DNA of 64,000 nucleotides. Origin: Candidatus Deferrimicrobiaceae bacterium (GTDB lineage Bacteria > Desulfobacterota > Deferrimicrobia > Deferrimicrobiales > Deferrimicrobiaceae). The DNA is taken from assembly GCA_963792415.1 (NCBI GenBank), contig CAWBVY010000006.1, forward strand, positions 416,001-480,000, in the 5' to 3' direction. Each line of letters starts with the position of its first letter. Positions within the stretch are counted from its first letter, which is position 1. Both the position numbers and the translations under genes were made by a program. This document shows positions 59,927 to 64,000 of this stretch, piece after piece. The notes beneath the pieces were generated by a model, which was given only the letters and a program-made list of their open reading frames with translations, made no database searches and was not told the origin of the DNA.

Positions 59927-62269
59927 TCAGGAAGTCTGGGCCTGGATCGGTTCCTGCTTCAAAATCCTCGGCGTGATGAAGATCAGCAACTCCCGGTTCT
60001 GGGTCGAATTCACGTCATGCCGAAAAAAATACCCGAGCACGGGGATCTTCGAGAGCCATGGCAGCCCGGTTCGGCTCTCGTTGCGCGTGATCTGCAGGAT
60101 CCCGCCGATGACCGTCGTCTCGCCGTCGCGGATCAGGACCTCCGTGGTCGCCTTCTTCTTGTTGATCGAAGGAGTGTTCGATCCGGGAGCCACATCGCCC
60201 TGGGAGTCGTTCTTCACATCGACCTTCATCGAAACCCGCCCGTCGGGCGTGATGTGCGGCGTCACCTTCAGGCTGAGGGTGGCGTCGACGAACTGCACGT
60301 TCGTTCCCGAGGCCGACACGGTGGAGTACGGGATCTGCGTGCCCTGTTCGATGGTGGCTTCCTTGTTGTCGGTCGTCACGACCTTTGGCGAAGAGATGAT
60401 CTTCCCCTTCCCGGACGACTCGAGGGCGGAGAGCGAAAAATCCAGGCGGAGGTTGTCCTTCAGGATCCCGAACGCGATCCCGCCGCCCGACCCCAGGCCG
60501 ATCGCCGCCGGGAGGTTCACGGCATAGGTCGGGGGGGGGTTCGTGGCGGTGAAGGGATTTGTGGTCGCCGCGCCAACCGCCGACCCGGGAACCGACGCGC
60601 CAGTCGAATCCTGCACCCCGGTCACCCCGTATTGCTTGTTTCCGCTGGCCCCCCGGTAGGCGCCGCCCCACTGGACGCCAAGTTCCCGGGTGAACGTGGT
60701 GTCCACCTCGACGATGCGCGCCTCGATCAGGACCTGCGGCGTCGCGGTGTCAAGCGTGGCGACCAGGGCCTTCATCTCTTCGATGTGCTGCGGAAGGTCG
60801 CGGATGATGAGAACGTTCGTCCGGTCGTCGCTGTCGAGTTTTCCGAACTTCGATCCGAGCGGCTTGATCTTGGCCAGCAATTCCGAAGCCTTGCTGTAGC
60901 TGACCGGGATGGTGTCGAAGACCGCCTCCTGGGTCGCCCTTACCTCGGCGGCCCGGTTCAGCGCCTCCTGACGGGACTGCTCGACCTGCTTCTGCGCGTC
61001 TAACCGTTCCTGCTCCTCCTTCCGGAGGGAGGAAAGCGGCGCGATGCGGAGGACGTTCCCCGCCTGCGCAGCGCCGAGCGACTTCGAGCGGAGGACGATG
61101 TCGAGCGCCTGATCCCACGGAACGTTGACCAACCGTAGGGAGACCTTCCCCTTGACGTCGTCCGCCGTGATGATGTTCAGGTTGCTGACCTCGGCGATGA
61201 TCCGGAAAACGTTGGTGAGGTCGGCATCCTTGAAATCCATGGAGATCCGCTGGCCGTGGTATATCCGGCCGGTGTCGGAACTCCCGGTGAGGAATCCCCA
61301 CGACTGCGAACCATCGAGGGGGGCCGGCTCCGCCTTCCCGTCCACGGAGCCCTGTTCCCCGTCCGCCTTCGCCATCTGCGGGGCGTTCCCCGGCGCCGCG
61401 CGCGCGACGAGATCGGCCCTCCCCGCGGTCGCACCCTTCGGGAATGCCACCACCACCGAGCCGTCCCTCTTTTCCACGGTGTACGCGGAGCCCGGCGCGA
61501 ACGCGACGGCGACCGTGACCCCATTCTTCCCGCCGGAGGGAGCGATCCCCTTCACGGGGATGTCGAACTTTCTCGCGTCGATCCGCCGAAGCAACCCCTT
61601 CTCCGCGGCGGCGCCCTTGAACACGAGCGTCACCCCTCCCGCCTTCTTCGAAACCTGGTACGGCGGGTCCCCCGCCGTGGTGATCACGACGTTCGACGCG
61701 TCGGGCAGGTCTTCAAGGTCGATCCCGACGACGGCGGGACCTTTCACCGGCGCCTTCCCGTCCTGGAGACGGTCGGTACTGGCGACCTTCTCCTCCGCCC
61801 CGCCCCCTACGGACAGCACGAGCATGCCCTTCTCGGCGCTGACGACGAACGGCACCGGGCGGTCGCCCGGGGTCTCGACCACCATCCGCAACTTCCCGTC
61901 CTTCGAGGAGAGCTTGACCCCCTTCACCTGGGGGGTATCCACGGGGATCTCGGAGGCTGCGACCCCCTGGTCGACTCCCCAGACGTCCACCACGATCCGG
62001 AACGGGCCGGTGTCATTCATCTTGAAGGAGTTGTAATTCTGGATTTCCCCGTCGATCGCAACCTGGATGGTGGTGTTGTACGCCGTCTTGGAAACCGTCA
62101 CCTCCCTGATCTTTGCGCCGGAAGCCCCAGCGGGCTGGGCGCCCGGGCCGGCAGGCTCCGCGGCGATCGCGACCGGCACGAGGAACGCGCAGGCAAGCGC
62201 CATCGCCATCATCCCCTGAAGGACACGAGGCCAGAGGACTCTGCCCGAATGCGGTAGCGGGGTCATCAT
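59927..62269 (-). CDS. pilQ: Type IV pilus secretin PilQ
   Basis: AMIN domains, ISMDFKDAD, VPWDQALD, QVLIEARIVE, PWLSKIPVLG..F, ELLIFITP. Confidence 0.95.
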   Translation of the reverse strand: MMTPLPHSGRVLWPRVLQGMMAMALACAFLVPVAIAAEPAGPGAQPAGASGAKIREVTVSKTAYNTTIQVAIDGEIQNYNSFKMNDTGPFRIVVDVWGVDQGVAASEIPVDTPQVKGVKLSSKDGKLRMVVETPGDRPVPFVVSAEKGMLVLSVGGGAEEKVASTDRLQDGKAPVKGPAVVGIDLEDLPDASNVVITTAGDPPYQVSKKAGGVTLVFKGAAAEKGLLRRIDARKFDIPVKGIAPSGGKNGVTVAVAFAPGSAYTVEKRDGSVVVAFPKGATAGRADLVARAAPGNAPQMAKADGEQGSVDGKAEPAPLDGSQSWGFLTGSSDTGRIYHGQRISMDFKDADLTNVFRIIAEVSNLNIITADDVKGKVSLRLVNVPWDQALDIVLRSKSLGAAQAGNVLRIAPLSSLRKEEQERLDAQKQVEQSRQEALNRAAEVRATQEAVFDTIPVSYSKASELLAKIKPLGSKFGKLDSDDRTNVLIIRDLPQHIEEMKALVATLDTATPQVLIEARIVEVDTTFTRELGVQWGGAYRGASGNKQYGVTGVQDSTGASVPGSAVGAATTNPFTATNPPPTYAVNLPAAIGLGSGGGIAFGILKDNLRLDFSLSALESSGKGKIISSPKVVTTDNKEATIEQGTQIPYSTVSASGTNVQFVDATLSLKVTPHITPDGRVSMKVDVKNDSQGDVAPGSNTPSINKKKATTEVLIRDGETTVIGGILQITRNESRTGLPWLSKIPVLGYFFRHDVNSTQNRELLIFITPRILKQEPIQAQTS

Positions 62270-62820
62270 TATTTTCCTCCTGCCGTGTTGAGCTGGATTC
62301 CGCTTTCCTTCACGATCTTTTCCCCCCGGTTGCCGACGAACTCTTCCCTCACGAGAATCTCCTTCCCGGTGATCCGGCTGACGATGCCGCCGGAGCGGCC
62401 GATCCGCGTTCCCACCGTCACGGAGTACCCCTTCCCCTCGGCGTCCTCCACAAGGCCCCGCGCGCCCGTCTTCGTCCAGATGACGCCGACGAACTGCAAC
62501 TCGCCCAGGTCGTACCGCTGCAGAGGGGGGAGCAACGAGGTGTCAACGCCCCCCTTCCCGCGCTGCTCGACCTTGATGAACGACACGAACGGATCCCGTT
62601 TCCCGCTGGGGTCGTAGAGCGCGACCTGCTCGGCCATCTTCGCCGGCGCCTCCGCCGCAGGAGCGGCCGGGGCCTTCGCCTCGGGCTTCGGCGCCTGCCT
62701 CTTCACCACCGGTTGCGGCGGCGCCGGTTCCTTGGAACAGCCGAACCCACCGGCGAAGAGGGAAACCGCGGCGAGAATCCCAACGGCCAGGGAGATGTGT
62801 CGCACGGGAGCGGACCTCAT
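62269..62820 (-). CDS. pilP: Type IV pilus assembly lipoprotein PilP
   Basis: Lipobox GFGC, RDPF, PLQRYDL. Confidence 0.9.
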   Translation of the reverse strand: MRSAPVRHISLAVGILAAVSLFAGGFGCSKEPAPPQPVVKRQAPKPEAKAPAAPAAEAPAKMAEQVALYDPSGKRDPFVSFIKVEQRGKGGVDTSLLPPLQRYDLGELQFVGVIWTKTGARGLVEDAEGKGYSVTVGTRIGRSGGIVSRITGKEILVREEFVGNRGEKIVKESGIQLNTAGGK

Positions 62821-63434
62821 TTTTTCTTCCCCTGGGCACCCGTCCCGGGAGCGGTTGCGGCCTGCTGCTCGAGGAAGCGGTAGGTCGTGGCCGTGCAGTT
62901 GACGGTCACCAGGACGAGCTTGTCTCCGGACGGTTTTGGAGAGGAAAAGGTGATGTTGGACAGGTTCACGATCCGGGGGTAGCGCGCCACCTTGTCGGTG
63001 AAGAGGGCGAAACTGTGATAGTCGCCCTTGACGGAGATCGACACGGGGATCTCGGCGTAGAAATCCCTCCTGATCTCGCCGGACGGGGCGAAACGAATGA
63101 AGTCGAGCCCGGATTCCTTCCCGAGATCGGAAACGCTCTTCAGCAGGGAGGGGATCTCCGCCGAGTTCGGAAGCTGCTCGAGCAGGAGGGACAGCCGGGC
63201 CTCGAGCCGGAGGACCTCTTCCTGGAAGGAACGCAGATTCCCGGCGATCGCCTGCTGCTCCCGGATCTTGCTCTGAAGACCCGCCAGCTGGGTCTCCATC
63301 GCGCCGATCCGCTGGGACGCTTCCCGATAGTAAAGGTAGTAGTACCCCGTGATGACGAGGCCGCAGAACAGGACGGCAAGCAGGACCTTTTGCCGGGGCG
63401 GCACCTTCGAAAGATCGCCAGGTATTAGCGCCAT
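62817..63434 (-). CDS. pilO: Type IV pilus assembly protein PilO
   Basis: TM helix, QLP..EIPSLL, FYAEIP, GDYH, RIVN, TYRF. Confidence 0.92.
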   Translation of the reverse strand: MALIPGDLSKVPPRQKVLLAVLFCGLVITGYYYLYYREASQRIGAMETQLAGLQSKIREQQAIAGNLRSFQEEVLRLEARLSLLLEQLPNSAEIPSLLKSVSDLGKESGLDFIRFAPSGEIRRDFYAEIPVSISVKGDYHSFALFTDKVARYPRIVNLSNITFSSPKPSGDKLVLVTVNCTATTYRFLEQQAATAPGTGAQGKKK

Positions 63435-63462
63435 TCCGTATCCTCTCCCGGTGATGGGGCGT

Positions 63463-63996
63463 TCAGTTGACCGTCTGGAACGTCAAGTTGAACTTCACGA
63501 GTTTCGCGCCCGCCACCGTCGTCTGCTCGGCGGCCCCCAGCACGACTTCGCGGAAGCGGCCGGTCTGCCCCAGGGCGGTCATGAAATTCGCGATCGTGTA
63601 GTTGTTCAAGGCGACCCCGGAAAGGGTGACCCTCTCGTCCTTCACGCTCAGCGTGTCGATCCAGCACTTCTCGGGGATCGCGGCCGACAGCGCCTCGAAG
63701 TGCCGGACGGGGCCGGTACGCCCCTTCTGGAGGTTGGAGATGATGTCCACCTTTTTCTGGAGCTCCGCCTTCCGGGCCTTGAATTTCTCGACCTCGCCGA
63801 TCTCCTTTTTCAGACGCGCGATGTCGGCGTTGGCTTTCACGATGTCGGTGTTGAGCCTCGAGATCTTTCCCGAGACCGTGGTGTGGAAGTAGAGCGTGCC
63901 GGCCAGGACCACCAACGGCAAGGCAATCCACAAGGACCCGGCGTTCAGTTCCCTGCTCTTTTTCCTTTTCCCCCGGACTAGGTTGATCCGGATCAT
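63463..63996 (-). CDS. pilN: Type IV pilus assembly protein PilN
   Basis: MIRINL N-terminal motif, TM helix, coiled coil, IPEKCWI. Confidence 0.92.
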   Translation of the reverse strand: MIRINLVRGKRKKSRELNAGSLWIALPLVVLAGTLYFHTTVSGKISRLNTDIVKANADIARLKKEIGEVEKFKARKAELQKKVDIISNLQKGRTGPVRHFEALSAAIPEKCWIDTLSVKDERVTLSGVALNNYTIANFMTALGQTGRFREVVLGAAEQTTVAGAKLVKFNLTFQTVN

Positions 63997-64000
63997 CCGC

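Overview
GC-rich, gene-dense core-genome segment with almost every gene on the minus strand. The gene order (pilNOPQ-aroC-aroK-aroB-roadblock-aroQ-pepP-efp-accB-accC-TPR; romR-valS-nadC; spoIID-queA-tgt-yajC-secD-secF-recJ; rimP-nusA-ylxR-infB) points to a deltaproteobacterial-type organism, possibly the MBNT15/Deferrimicrobium group (inference). It holds about 50 housekeeping and envelope genes and two convergent tRNAs, Leu-CAG and Gly-CCC. I saw no CRISPR array, integrase or transposase. Most notable: (1) a Myxococcus-like type IV pilus polarity set (RomR-, MglC- and compact SgmX-like proteins), with 3-dehydroquinate synthase AroB fused through a 6x16-aa Pro/Glu repeat to a TPR-like tail; (2) conserved genes that appear to need non-canonical starts (aroC at ATC, queA at CTG); (3) one hairpin-element family at the 3' ends of both tRNAs, including a 221-bp mini-element bounded by a duplicated tRNA-Leu 3' end; (4) an AT-richer patch beside tRNA-Leu with small ORFs, one interrupted by an amber codon. 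All family calls come from motif recognition, not database searches.
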